Assembly (NCBI GenBank): GCA_045641465.1 | Contig: JAZUGW010000226.1 | Span: forward strand, 1 to 60,217 | From: Kiritimatiellia bacterium | Lineage (GTDB): Bacteria > Verrucomicrobiota > Kiritimatiellia > RFP12 > UBA1067 | Reading direction: 5' to 3' | DNA: 60,217 bases | Shown here: in pieces, positions 1 to 9,190 of the stretch | Position numbering within the stretch: position 1 is the stretch's first letter | Layout of the letters: every line of letters begins with the position of its first letter | Position numbers and translations under genes: made by a program | Notes under the pieces: model-generated | Told to the model about the DNA's origin: nothing | Databases searched by the model: none | The model's input: only the letters and a program-made list of their open reading frames with translations

Positions 1-117
1 ACGCTCAAGGGCTATGAGATCGCGAAGCCGCGTCCGTGTGCGTACATGAAGCTCGAGATCCGCGCCCAGGGCGGCGATGCGCACATGCAGTTCAGTCGTC
101 TGGGCTTCTACGAGTAA
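1..117 (+). CDS. 3' end of an upstream gene (partial; possibly a discoidin/F5-8-like C-terminal domain)
   Basis: Frame 1 reads TLKGYEIAKPRPCAYMKLEIRAQGGDAHMQFSRLGFYE* to TAA at 115-117, with coding-like codon usage. Confidence 0.6.
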   Translation, partial: TLKGYEIAKPRPCAYMKLEIRAQGGDAHMQFSRLGFYE

Positions 118-143
118 ACAAATCTCGCAGACCAATCGAAACA

Positions 144-180
144 GGCGTTGGGACCCTCGATCCCCACGGCCGTTTTTTTG
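144..180 (+). terminator. Probable intrinsic terminator
   Basis: Imperfect GC stem (ggcgttggga...tccccacggcc) followed by a T run, just after the stop at 117. Confidence 0.5.
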
Positions 181-290
181 TCCGTGAATGGTTTTGTCGA
201 TGCACGCTTTAATTTTTCGGGTACTTTTCAGAACGGTTGTTTTTTGATATAATAGACACTTCCTTCGCGAGAGGAAGAGAGGAGAGTGCT

Positions 291-2525
291 TTGAAGAAGT
301 TGATGGCAGCCCTTTTGGGCGTGGTATTGGTTGGTTGGGCAAGTTGGGGAGCAGAACCCGTGCGCGTGGGCGTGTTCACGGGGGCGGGGGCGTGTTCTGT
401 CGGCATGCTGCGTTGGATTCAGATTGCATGCCGTTCGCCCGAGCTGACGCCGACTTACATTGACGGGGCGGCCGTACGGGCCGGTGCACTCGACAAGCTG
501 GACCTTGTGATCATGCCGGGCGGCTGGGCCGGTCGCGAATATGAGGACCTCGGGCAAGACGGGGTTGCCAAGCTGAAGAAGTTCATTCACGACGGCGGTT
601 CGTATATCGGCACATGCGCAGGCTGCTTCCTCGTGATGGATGATTCGACGAAGCAGCATCCGCGGCTTGAGCTTATGCCGTACGTGAACCAGCAGGGACC
701 CTATCTCTTTGGTACGATCCTCTCGGCGGAATTCTCGTCTCGTGCGAAGGAACTCCTTGGCGTCAGACCGGGCGAGCATCGCGTGCGCTATCATGGCGGG
801 CCGCTGATGATTCCGAGCAAGAAGACGATTCCCGAGGCGAGCTTCGAAATCGTCGGCACCTACAAGGGCGACATCAACCCAGGCACGAACACGCGGACGA
901 AGACGATGACCGGTACGGGGTGTGCAGCGGTGGGAACATACGGCAAGGGCCGTGTCGTCGCGTATGCCATTCATCCGGAGTATTTTCCGAATTCGATGGA
1001 TCTCGTCAAGGGCGCGTTCAAGTACACGACGGGACGCGACATCACGATACGGATGCCGCAGCGCAAGCCGGGACAGCTTGTGGTGGGATTGCTGGGCGAT
1101 TGGGCGATCGGCGTGGAGAGCGCGAATGCGTGCCGCGATCTGTTCGTGCGCGACGATTTCGACGTGGTGCCGCTGATGGAGGAAATCTGTGCCGAGGGGA
1201 TGATGCGCCATCTTGATGTGCTGGTGATTCCGAATATGGAGAAGAGTCCGAACAGCCTGCGCCAGAACATCTATTCGGCGAAGGCGCGGCGGCGCTATGA
1301 AGAGTTCCTGGCGCGCGGGGGCAAAATCGTGTCGTGGGGTGATGCCGCGAAGATATTCCCGTGCGATCGCCGCAACTTCTTCGCGATCAAGTCGACGGAG
1401 CTGGTGGCGAAGCTGAACGCGTTGAAGAACGACTCCTTCGCGGCCCCGGAGGCTCCGGTGCTGAAGCCCGTGCGCGCGGCGGTCTATGCCGACAAGGGCG
1501 TGAGCTGCGCCGAGTACTGGAACGTGTCGAAGTTGATGGTTTGCTCGCCGCTCTATCGGGTGACGTTCGTGAACGCGGCGGACATTGCGAACGGTGTCCT
1601 GAAGGATTTCGATCTGTTGCTGATGGGCGGTGGACTGAGTACGACGCAGTATCGCACATTGGGCGAAAAGGGGCGCCAGGCCGTCATCGATTTCGTCCAT
1701 AATGGCGGCGCGTACTACGGCATTTGCGCAGGGGCGTTTCTGTCGTTGCAGACGGCGAACCCGAAGCGTCCGCGTCTGGGACTCGTTCCGTTCAAGGAGC
1801 AGACGGGCATCCCGTATCGCGGGTGGTGCGAGACGCGCGTGGAGTTTACGGACGAAGCGGCGCCGACGCTTGGTTTTATGGGCGGGTCCCGTCGTTTCGT
1901 GCTTTACTGGGGCGGACCCGAAATGTTGCCGGGCGATCCGATCCCGGGGACGGACGTGAAGGTGCTGGCGAAGTATTATGGCCACATGGTGAATACGTTT
2001 ACGGGCGGAAGCGAGGTCAAGCCGATGACGGACAGCGGTGCGATCATAGGAGGCACGTGTGGCAAGGGCCGCCTCGTGGCGAGCGGTCCGCACCCGGAAT
2101 GTTCGGAAGATACGCAGGATATCGTGCGTGCCATCTTGAAGTATCTGACGGGGCGTCCGGCCGAGCCGAATTACCCGAACCGTAAGAAGGGTGCGATCTG
2201 CGTGGCGTTCGGCGTGAGTGGTGCAACGAAGGAGGGAATGACCTTCGGCATGGAGCTGATGAAGGATCCGCGTTTCGACGTTCAGCCGAATACTGGTTAT
2301 GAGACGGGACATGGCGCATTGGACCACGCCGACGTGCTCTTCATGCCATGGCCGGTTGAGAAGGGCTATGTGTCGGGTGTGTATGATTTCCTTGCGAAGG
2401 GTGGTCGCGTCATTGAATATGATCCTCAAGGGAAGGGGAAGGAGACGCATCCGAACCTCATTCGCGTGAAGACGTTTGACGAAGCGCGTCAGGCGATGTT
2501 GGATTTGAAAAAAGAAGTCAAGTAA
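291..2525 (+). CDS. Secreted protein with two BPL_N / class I glutamine amidotransferase-like domains
   Basis: TTG start after GGAG; signal peptide KKLMAALLGVVLVGWASWGA; two repeats of PGG/GGG...F(I/V)HxGGxYxGxCAG...YxGGP...GKGR...HPE (Cys nucleophile and His-x-Glu in both). Confidence 0.75.
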   Translation: MKKLMAALLGVVLVGWASWGAEPVRVGVFTGAGACSVGMLRWIQIACRSPELTPTYIDGAAVRAGALDKLDLVIMPGGWAGREYEDLGQDGVAKLKKFIHDGGSYIGTCAGCFLVMDDSTKQHPRLELMPYVNQQGPYLFGTILSAEFSSRAKELLGVRPGEHRVRYHGGPLMIPSKKTIPEASFEIVGTYKGDINPGTNTRTKTMTGTGCAAVGTYGKGRVVAYAIHPEYFPNSMDLVKGAFKYTTGRDITIRMPQRKPGQLVVGLLGDWAIGVESANACRDLFVRDDFDVVPLMEEICAEGMMRHLDVLVIPNMEKSPNSLRQNIYSAKARRRYEEFLARGGKIVSWGDAAKIFPCDRRNFFAIKSTELVAKLNALKNDSFAAPEAPVLKPVRAAVYADKGVSCAEYWNVSKLMVCSPLYRVTFVNAADIANGVLKDFDLLLMGGGLSTTQYRTLGEKGRQAVIDFVHNGGAYYGICAGAFLSLQTANPKRPRLGLVPFKEQTGIPYRGWCETRVEFTDEAAPTLGFMGGSRRFVLYWGGPEMLPGDPIPGTDVKVLAKYYGHMVNTFTGGSEVKPMTDSGAIIGGTCGKGRLVASGPHPECSEDTQDIVRAILKYLTGRPAEPNYPNRKKGAICVAFGVSGATKEGMTFGMELMKDPRFDVQPNTGYETGHGALDHADVLFMPWPVEKGYVSGVYDFLAKGGRVIEYDPQGKGKETHPNLIRVKTFDEARQAMLDLKKEVK

Positions 2526-2560
2526 GGATAACGAAAGTCAGGTAAGGAGAAGATACGAAG

Positions 2561-4066
2561 GTGAAGAAGTTCCTCGTTGCAATAGGTTGTGCTGTTTCGT
2601 CCATCTTGGTCTCGGCGGGTGCCGAGGCCCCGACAGCTGCCGTTCCGTTGGCCGAAAAAGCTCCGATAGATGTTTCGGGCGTGGCGGTGTTCTGTTCGCT
2701 CTGTCTGCTGCTCTTTGTCGGAAATGCGCTCCGTGCACGCGTGATTCTCTTGCAACGACTTTACCTTCCGAGTTCGGTTGTCGGCGGTCTGATTGGCTTG
2801 TTGGTCGTTCAGTTGCTTGGACCGCGTCTGCCGGAAGGGGCTCGGGCCGTCTTTGATGCGCATGTGCAGTTGGCGAATGAAGTGCCGGGATTCCTCATTA
2901 ACATCATCTTTGCGACGCTGTTTCTCGGTGCCGTGCTGCCGCGCATGCGGACGGTCGTCAAACTCGCCTTCCCGCAGCTTTGTGTGGGACAGATCATGGC
3001 GTGGGGCCAGTATGTGGTTGGTTTGGGATTGACGGGTTTCATTTTCAAGAAGTACTTCTTCGACGGTTCGCGTACGTCTGAACTTTTCGGCAACTTGCTA
3101 GAAGTCGGTTTCGAAGGCGGACACGGTACGGTGAGCGGACTGAAGAACAGTTTCGATGCCTTCGGCTGGTCGGAAGGTACGGCGCTCGGCTATACGATGG
3201 CGACGGCCGGTATGATCATCGGCATCGTCATCGGCATGCTGATGGTGCAGCTGGCGGTCAAGAAGGGCGTGGTGAAGGAAGTGGTAACGTTTGACGAACG
3301 CAAGTTCTACGAACGGCGCGGCCTCCACCTCAAGCGGCGGCGTCCGGATGCGGGCAAGCAGACCGTGATGTGCGACTCGATCGACTCGCTGGCCTGGCAC
3401 GTGGCCGTGGTGGGATTGGCGATGTTGATCGGTTTCGGCATGTTGAAGGGGTTGAAGTGGGCTGAAGTCACGTTTTTCCCGGATGCGCAGATCCAGATCT
3501 TCCGTCGCGGTTTCCCGCTCTTCCCGCTTTGCATGCTCGGCGGTGTGTTGTTGCAGTTCGTGACGAAACTGGTGAAGAAGGATCTGCTGATCGACCGTGG
3601 ACAGATGGAACGTATTTCGGGTGCCACGCTGGACTTCCTCGTGGTTTCCGCCGTGTCGACGATTCAGATCAATGTAGTGGCGGCGAACTGGGAACCCCTC
3701 AGCATTACGATCGTTACGGGTACGCTGTGGAGTGTCTGGGTCGTGACCTGGGTGGCGAAGCGTATTTTCCGGAAAGCCTGGTTTGAACGTGCGATGGCCG
3801 AGTTCGGTCAGGCAACCGGCGTGACGGCAACGGGGTTGATGCTGCTGCGAACGGTTGACCCCGAGAATCGCACGCCGGCGGCGATGTGCTTTGGCTACAA
3901 GCAGCTGATCCAGGAACCGCTGATGAGCGGCATCTGGATGGCGCTGGCCTTTACGCTCGTCTACAACATCGGCTGGTTCAAGGTATGGTTGATCTCGCTC
4001 GTCATGCTGATTATCTGGAGCGTGATCGGCTTCTTCATCAACCGGGCCAACAAGCGTGCCGCCTAG
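2561..4066 (+). CDS. gltS: Sodium/glutamate symporter family (GltS/ESS) membrane protein
   Basis: Multi-TM protein with LPSSVVGG, GFEGGHGT and FGQATGVTATGLMLLR motifs typical of the GltS family. Confidence 0.8.
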   Translation: MKKFLVAIGCAVSSILVSAGAEAPTAAVPLAEKAPIDVSGVAVFCSLCLLLFVGNALRARVILLQRLYLPSSVVGGLIGLLVVQLLGPRLPEGARAVFDAHVQLANEVPGFLINIIFATLFLGAVLPRMRTVVKLAFPQLCVGQIMAWGQYVVGLGLTGFIFKKYFFDGSRTSELFGNLLEVGFEGGHGTVSGLKNSFDAFGWSEGTALGYTMATAGMIIGIVIGMLMVQLAVKKGVVKEVVTFDERKFYERRGLHLKRRRPDAGKQTVMCDSIDSLAWHVAVVGLAMLIGFGMLKGLKWAEVTFFPDAQIQIFRRGFPLFPLCMLGGVLLQFVTKLVKKDLLIDRGQMERISGATLDFLVVSAVSTIQINVVAANWEPLSITIVTGTLWSVWVVTWVAKRIFRKAWFERAMAEFGQATGVTATGLMLLRTVDPENRTPAAMCFGYKQLIQEPLMSGIWMALAFTLVYNIGWFKVWLISLVMLIIWSVIGFFINRANKRAA

Positions 4067-6036
4067 CGGCCGAAGGACCGATCCAGCTCGCGGTTGGATT
4101 TGTAGATCATAATGGGCTTGCCGCGCGGGCAAACATACGGCATGCGCGCGTCGGCGAGTTCGTTCACCAGCTGAATGGCCGCTTCACGCGTCAGCTTCGT
4201 CGATGTGCCCGCAAAGGATTTGGCGACGGCCTTGGCAATGAGTTCGTCGCGCCAGCGCGTCGATCCGCGCTTGGCTCCGCCTTCGGCGATGTCCGAGGCA
4301 ATCGAGGCGAGAAGCGTTTCCGTACTTCCGCCGGCCAGCAGATCGGGAACGGCGTCGACCTTCCACGTGTCGCGTCCGAATTCCTCCAGTACGAATCCGG
4401 CCGCCGCCAGCTCGGTTTGGAACGAGCGGATCCGCGAAGAATCGGCCGGTGGCAGCTGAACCGTCTCCGGAATGAGAAGCGTCTGCGAAATCGCTTCACG
4501 CCGCTCGAGGATCTTCTCGTAGGCGATTCGGGCTCGGGCGGCTCGCGGATCCAGCAGAACCAACCCCGCATCTGTCTCCAAAATGAGCAATCCAGTGGAT
4601 GTTTGGGCCAAAAAGTTATACCAACGCCACAATTTCGTGGTTGAACTTCCATGAACACACCCATTGGGGACAGTCCCCTCGCTGGGGACAGACCCCTTAG
4701 GGGCCATGGGGACAGTCCCCTCAGAACCCGTGGGGACAGACCCCTCGGGGGCCGTGGGGACAGTCCCCCCGCTGGGGACAGACCCTGCTGAACTTGTGGG
4801 GACAGACCCTGTGGTACTTGCGGGGACAGTCCCTTCGTTTGGGGTGGGGTCTGTCCCCGGGATGCGGGGTGGTTGGTGGGGAAGTTCGAATGTACGCTGG
4901 ATGACCGGCGTGGAAAAAGGGGCGACAAAAGTCGGCTGATCCGGGACACCTGCGGAGACCTGCGGAACAGAGGAGGTCGGCGCGAGGGGTGTTGCGGCGG
5001 GGGCAGGAGGGATGCTCTCGGGGTTGAGCGCGTGTGAGACGGCTTCGATGAGCGCCTCACGCACATCGGCCGGACGGCGGAAGCGGACTTCGCGTTTGGC
5101 GGGATGTACGTTTACGTCGACTTGCGTGGGCGGCAGGTCGATGAAGAGCACCAGCATCGGTCGGGCTTCATCGCGGTTCCTTGGATAGGCCTCGCGAAGG
5201 GCGTAGGTAATGGCGGCCGAGGTGGCGGGGCGTCCGTTGACGAAAATGAACTGGTCGCGTCGCAGGGTCGGTCCCGCCGTCGGTCGTTCGATGTAGCCGT
5301 GGACCTTGACGTCGGAGGCATGCGACGCACTTCCTTCGGACGCTGTTTCAACGGGGATGAGCGACTCGGCGAAGTCGGCGCCGAAGAGTTCGCGGATGCG
5401 TTCTTCAAGGGTGGCACCCGGCGCAAAACGGTAGGTCTCGCGTCCGTCGAGAATCAAGGTGAATCCAACATCGGGATGCGCGAGCGCATGGACCGTGAAG
5501 GTCGCACGAATATGGGATTCTTCCGTGGCAAAGGCGCGCAGAAACTTCCGTCTGGCGGGAACGTTGCAGAAGAGGTCCCGAACCTCGACACATGTACCGG
5601 CGGGGGCACCGCAATCCTTGACTTCCGCCAACACGCCGGCATTTACGACGAGGCGGGTGCCGCCTTCGTCTTCGGCGCGTCGCGTGGTCAGCGTAAAACG
5701 CGAAACGGATGCAATGGATGGGATGGCCTCGCCGCGGAATCCAAGCGTGTCAATGCGCTCGATATCGTCGACGTCGCGGATTTTGGAGGTCGCCTGGCGT
5801 TCCAGGGAGAGCAAGGCATCCTCGCGTGTCATCCCGCAGCCGTCGTCGCGGACAGAGACGAGCGTGCGGCCTCCGGCGACAATTGTGACCTCGATTCGCG
5901 TGGCACCGGCGTCGAGCGCGTTCTCCATCAATTCTTTTAGAACGGATGCCGGTCGCTCGACAACTTCGCCGGCCGCGATTTTGTTCGCGACATGAAGGGG
6001 AAGCAGGCGAATGTGTCCGTCACGTTGCATTGGCAC
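4063..6036 (-). CDS. mutL: DNA mismatch repair endonuclease MutL
   Basis: NKIAAGEVVERPASVLKELMENALDAGA, TLGFRGEA, DVNVHPAKREVRF and C-terminal CPRGKP; linker contains GTVP/GSVP repeats. Confidence 0.95.
   Translation of the reverse strand: MPMQRDGHIRLLPLHVANKIAAGEVVERPASVLKELMENALDAGATRIEVTIVAGGRTLVSVRDDGCGMTREDALLSLERQATSKIRDVDDIERIDTLGFRGEAIPSIASVSRFTLTTRRAEDEGGTRLVVNAGVLAEVKDCGAPAGTCVEVRDLFCNVPARRKFLRAFATEESHIRATFTVHALAHPDVGFTLILDGRETYRFAPGATLEERIRELFGADFAESLIPVETASEGSASHASDVKVHGYIERPTAGPTLRRDQFIFVNGRPATSAAITYALREAYPRNRDEARPMLVLFIDLPPTQVDVNVHPAKREVRFRRPADVREALIEAVSHALNPESIPPAPAATPLAPTSSVPQVSAGVPDQPTFVAPFSTPVIQRTFELPHQPPRIPGTDPTPNEGTVPASTTGSVPTSSAGSVPSGGTVPTAPEGSVPTGSEGTVPMAPKGSVPSEGTVPNGCVHGSSTTKLWRWYNFLAQTSTGLLILETDAGLVLLDPRAARARIAYEKILERREAISQTLLIPETVQLPPADSSRIRSFQTELAAAGFVLEEFGRDTWKVDAVPDLLAGGSTETLLASIASDIAEGGAKRGSTRWRDELIAKAVAKSFAGTSTKLTREAAIQLVNELADARMPYVCPRGKPIMIYKSNRELDRSFGR
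4666..4858. repeat. Array of GGGGACAG(T/A)CCC near-palindromic units inside the mutL linker
   Basis: 8 direct copies starting at about 4666, 4684, 4708, 4732, 4756, 4774, 4798 and 4822, plus an inverted copy at about 4846; spacings of 18 or 24 bp. Confidence 0.9.
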
Positions 6037-6041
6037 GGGGG

Positions 6042-7133
6042 TCAGCGATCAAGCGTCAACTGTCTGCGGAGATAGGTCGGCACGTCGAGGTCCTCGTCTT
6101 GCCACATAGTCTTCTCGGCACGACGGAACCGGGTATTCGTTGCGCGTTCACCGGACTTGCCGTCATTCGAGTTGGACGGATGGGCCGCATTGGCGGCCAT
6201 CGCACCTTCTTCAAAGAGCAGAACGACAACGGAGAGACGTCCGGAAAAAGTCGCTTCGTCGTTGACGGTCCCCAATTCAAGGTGGGAGTGCTGTCCGTAT
6301 GCGGCGGTTAGCCCGGAAACGAGAACGTCGATTTCCGACAAGCGGAGGTCGTCGCCTGCCAGGATGCCGACAAGCATCGTTCGAACGGGCGGTTGTGCAT
6401 CGTCGTGTCGAAGCAGCGGATGCTGGGCGAAATCGGCGAGCAACGACGTGACGCGATTCGCACCGCTGGCGGTTGCCGTTGCGAATTGGGCGCGTCCACA
6501 GCCCGTGAGGATATTGCGCAGACGTTCTGCATCAAGTCGAATGTAGCCGGGCTTTTCGAGGATGCGCCAAAGCAGTGTGACGCCGGAGGCAAGTGTATCC
6601 ACACCACGCGTCAGAGCCTCTTTCATATTGTCCGACGCACCGCTGACAAGCTTGTCGAGCGGCAGGAGCACGGAGACGTCGGCATGTTGGCAGACGGGAC
6701 CTGCGGAAGTTTTGGCGAGGCGCATGCGCTCTTCGCCTTCGAAGGCGAATGGCATCGTCGCGAAGAGCAGCGTGACAATGCCGAGCGTGTGGAGGTGCTT
6801 GAGCAGCTCGCCCGTTGCCCCGCCGCCCGTACCGCCGCCAAGAGCGGTAACGACGATGGCGGTTCGTACGCCCTCAAGTCCCGGATCGATGATCGTCGGG
6901 TCGTCCTGAAACGAAGCGCGCGCAGAAGCGGGCTGTCCGCCTGTGCCGCGTCCTGCCAGGCGATTGCCGCCGAGCAAGGTGAAGGGCAGGTCTCCGTTGG
7001 CACCGGACTGCGCATCGGTATCGAGGATGAGAACGCGGATGCCGGGTCCGTAGGCGCGCAGAATACCGCGCGTCATAGCTGCGCCAGCCGTGCCGACGCC
7101 AATCAGAATCAAGGGGGAGGAGAGCGGGTTCAT
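6042..7133 (-). CDS. ftsZ: Divergent FtsZ (tubulin-like GTPase)
   Basis: LGGGTGGG signature, TMPFAFEGEER, C-terminal DLDVPTYLRRQ core peptide; follows ftsQ-ftsA. Confidence 0.85.
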   Translation of the reverse strand: MNPLSSPLILIGVGTAGAAMTRGILRAYGPGIRVLILDTDAQSGANGDLPFTLLGGNRLAGRGTGGQPASARASFQDDPTIIDPGLEGVRTAIVVTALGGGTGGGATGELLKHLHTLGIVTLLFATMPFAFEGEERMRLAKTSAGPVCQHADVSVLLPLDKLVSGASDNMKEALTRGVDTLASGVTLLWRILEKPGYIRLDAERLRNILTGCGRAQFATATASGANRVTSLLADFAQHPLLRHDDAQPPVRTMLVGILAGDDLRLSEIDVLVSGLTAAYGQHSHLELGTVNDEATFSGRLSVVVLLFEEGAMAANAAHPSNSNDGKSGERATNTRFRRAEKTMWQDEDLDVPTYLRRQLTLDR

Positions 7134-8332
7134 TTGTTGCGCGAGAAGATGTTTTTGATCGAGGCGAGAATTCCATTGCCGGAAACGTCCTTCGGCTGGG
7201 CCAGGAGGAGCAGTCCGGCGATGACGGCACAGGCGGCGGGGAAGGGCTCTTTTTCAAGACCTTCGATTTCCGGCAGCAGAGACCCCACGCGTACGCCGCA
7301 GCCGAAGACGGATGTGGCAAGTTCGACCGCGCCGCGAAGGGCGGCTCCGCCGCCCGTCAGCACAACGCCGGCATTCAGACGATGGAGGAGGCCTTCGTCG
7401 TCCAGCTGCTGGCGGATGATGGCGAACAATTCCTGCAATCGGGCGTTGACGACCGTATTGAGCGCGCGCCGTGAAATCGTCGAGGCCGTGAAGCCCGGCA
7501 TCGGATCGGGTACGGAGACGCGCGCTTTGGCGTCTTCGACCGTGATGACGGCGGAGGCATCTGTGGTTTTGAGGTGTTCGGCCTGGGCCTGTGACACGGA
7601 AAAGGCGACTCGGATGTCATTGGTCAGATGGTCGCCGCCGACACCGATGACACCGGCCTGGACGAGTTTTCCGTCGCACCAGGTGGTGAACGAAGTCGAG
7701 CCGCCGCCGAGATCGATGACGAGTGCTCCGTCCTTTTTGTTTTGGTACGTCAGTACAGCAGCCGCGGCGCAGGTGCCGGCGAAAAAGACGTCTTCCTGAA
7801 GTTCGAGTTTCGCGTCGTGGGCCGCTTTGCGCGCATCGGTGATACGCGCGGTCGATCCGTGGATGCAGAGAGAACGAAGGGTCAGGGCGCGTCCGCTCAT
7901 GCCCTTGGGGGAATTGATGTTGTCCACATCGTCGAGCGAATAGCAGATCTGCGAAAGCTCGATCGGCGTGCGGTCCTGGGCCAGACCGGCCTCGTAGGAC
8001 AGGTTGTCCACATTGTCGAGGTCCTCGTCGCAGACGAAACCGTTGATCGGAATCTGGGTCTTGATGACCTTCGTGCGGATCTGGGGTCCCGAGACGGCGA
8101 GGTAGGCCTGTCCAATGGAGTAGTTCGCCTGGTCGTAGAGATGCTTCAGAACGGACTCGATGGAGTAGCGGGCCTGAGGGATGTCGGTGATCTGGCTCTT
8201 GCGCACGCCGGCCGACGGAATCGAACTCAGCGCGGCGACCTTGACACGTCCACCGCTCAAGGGTTCGCCGATGGCGATGACCGTCTGGGTCGTGCCGATT
8301 TCAAGTGCGGCGATTGGTTCGGAGAGGTTCAC
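7130..8332 (-). CDS. ftsA: Cell division protein FtsA
   Basis: ALEIGTT, IDLGGGST, VGGDHLTNDI, ARLQELF and GVVLTGGGA actin-fold motifs; dcw context. Confidence 0.92.
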   Translation of the reverse strand: MNLSEPIAALEIGTTQTVIAIGEPLSGGRVKVAALSSIPSAGVRKSQITDIPQARYSIESVLKHLYDQANYSIGQAYLAVSGPQIRTKVIKTQIPINGFVCDEDLDNVDNLSYEAGLAQDRTPIELSQICYSLDDVDNINSPKGMSGRALTLRSLCIHGSTARITDARKAAHDAKLELQEDVFFAGTCAAAAVLTYQNKKDGALVIDLGGGSTSFTTWCDGKLVQAGVIGVGGDHLTNDIRVAFSVSQAQAEHLKTTDASAVITVEDAKARVSVPDPMPGFTASTISRRALNTVVNARLQELFAIIRQQLDDEGLLHRLNAGVVLTGGGAALRGAVELATSVFGCGVRVGSLLPEIEGLEKEPFPAACAVIAGLLLLAQPKDVSGNGILASIKNIFSRNK

Positions 8333-8344
8333 GGAAGGTCCTTT

Positions 8345-9190
8345 CTATTTGCCCGTGTTGTTTGGACGGCTCGCGGTGATGCGGCTCGGCTTGCCCCAGT
8401 CGGTTGCGAGCCAAACGGTCGAGTGCGGCATCAGTTGCGCGTTGATGGCCGCGAAAAGATTTTTCAGCTGCCGATGCAGCGATTCGCGGGAAGTCTTGGT
8501 GTCGCTCAACATGTCCTGCCAGGCGAATTTCGCGTGATCGTAGTTGCCGAGCGTGAGGTAGAGATAGTCTTGATTCGACGTATCGACCTCCAGCACGCGC
8601 AGGTCGGACAGTTCGGGTCGCATGGCTGCTTCGACGAGTCGAAGGGCGGCTGCGGTCGGACCGGTCAGCTTTTTGCCGGGTGCCGCCGGTGTGTCTCCCG
8701 ATTCGCGGACGATCGGCAGTTCGGTGGTGGCATTGGCATTGTACCAGAAGACGACGCCCTCCGAGTCGGCGACGCGACCTTCGGTGGGATGTCCTCGGGG
8801 GGGCGCAATGCGTGCAATCGGTTCGCGCTCGATCACTTCCACGGTGACGCGGTTCGGCAAGCGCCGTTCAATGCGGATGTCGCGCACGTTCGGAACGCGC
8901 TTGAGCAGCTTCTCCCGCAACTGGGAGAAGGGGATCGTTGCCAGGTTGGCGCCGTTTGTCAGACCAAAATGGAAGGTGATGACATCCGGGTGGACCATTT
9001 TACCGGTCGAGATGACCACGTCGAGTTCGGGGTTGGTGATTTGGCATTGTTCGTGCCAGATGTTCGAACAGAACGAATAGGCGTAGAACAACCCGCAGCA
9101 GGTGCCTCCCACGAGAATCAGAAAGACGATCAGAAGCGAGAGCAGAATCCCCGTGCGCGAATCGTTTTGCTTGGTCTTGCGCTTAATCAT
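8345..9190 (-). CDS. ftsQ: Cell division protein FtsQ/DivIB (POTRA)
   Basis: Single N-terminal TM, then PNVRDIRIERRLPNRVTVEVIEREPIARI; lies between ddl and ftsA. Confidence 0.85.
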   Translation of the reverse strand: MIKRKTKQNDSRTGILLSLLIVFLILVGGTCCGLFYAYSFCSNIWHEQCQITNPELDVVISTGKMVHPDVITFHFGLTNGANLATIPFSQLREKLLKRVPNVRDIRIERRLPNRVTVEVIEREPIARIAPPRGHPTEGRVADSEGVVFWYNANATTELPIVRESGDTPAAPGKKLTGPTAAALRLVEAAMRPELSDLRVLEVDTSNQDYLYLTLGNYDHAKFAWQDMLSDTKTSRESLHRQLKNLFAAINAQLMPHSTVWLATDWGKPSRITASRPNNTGK

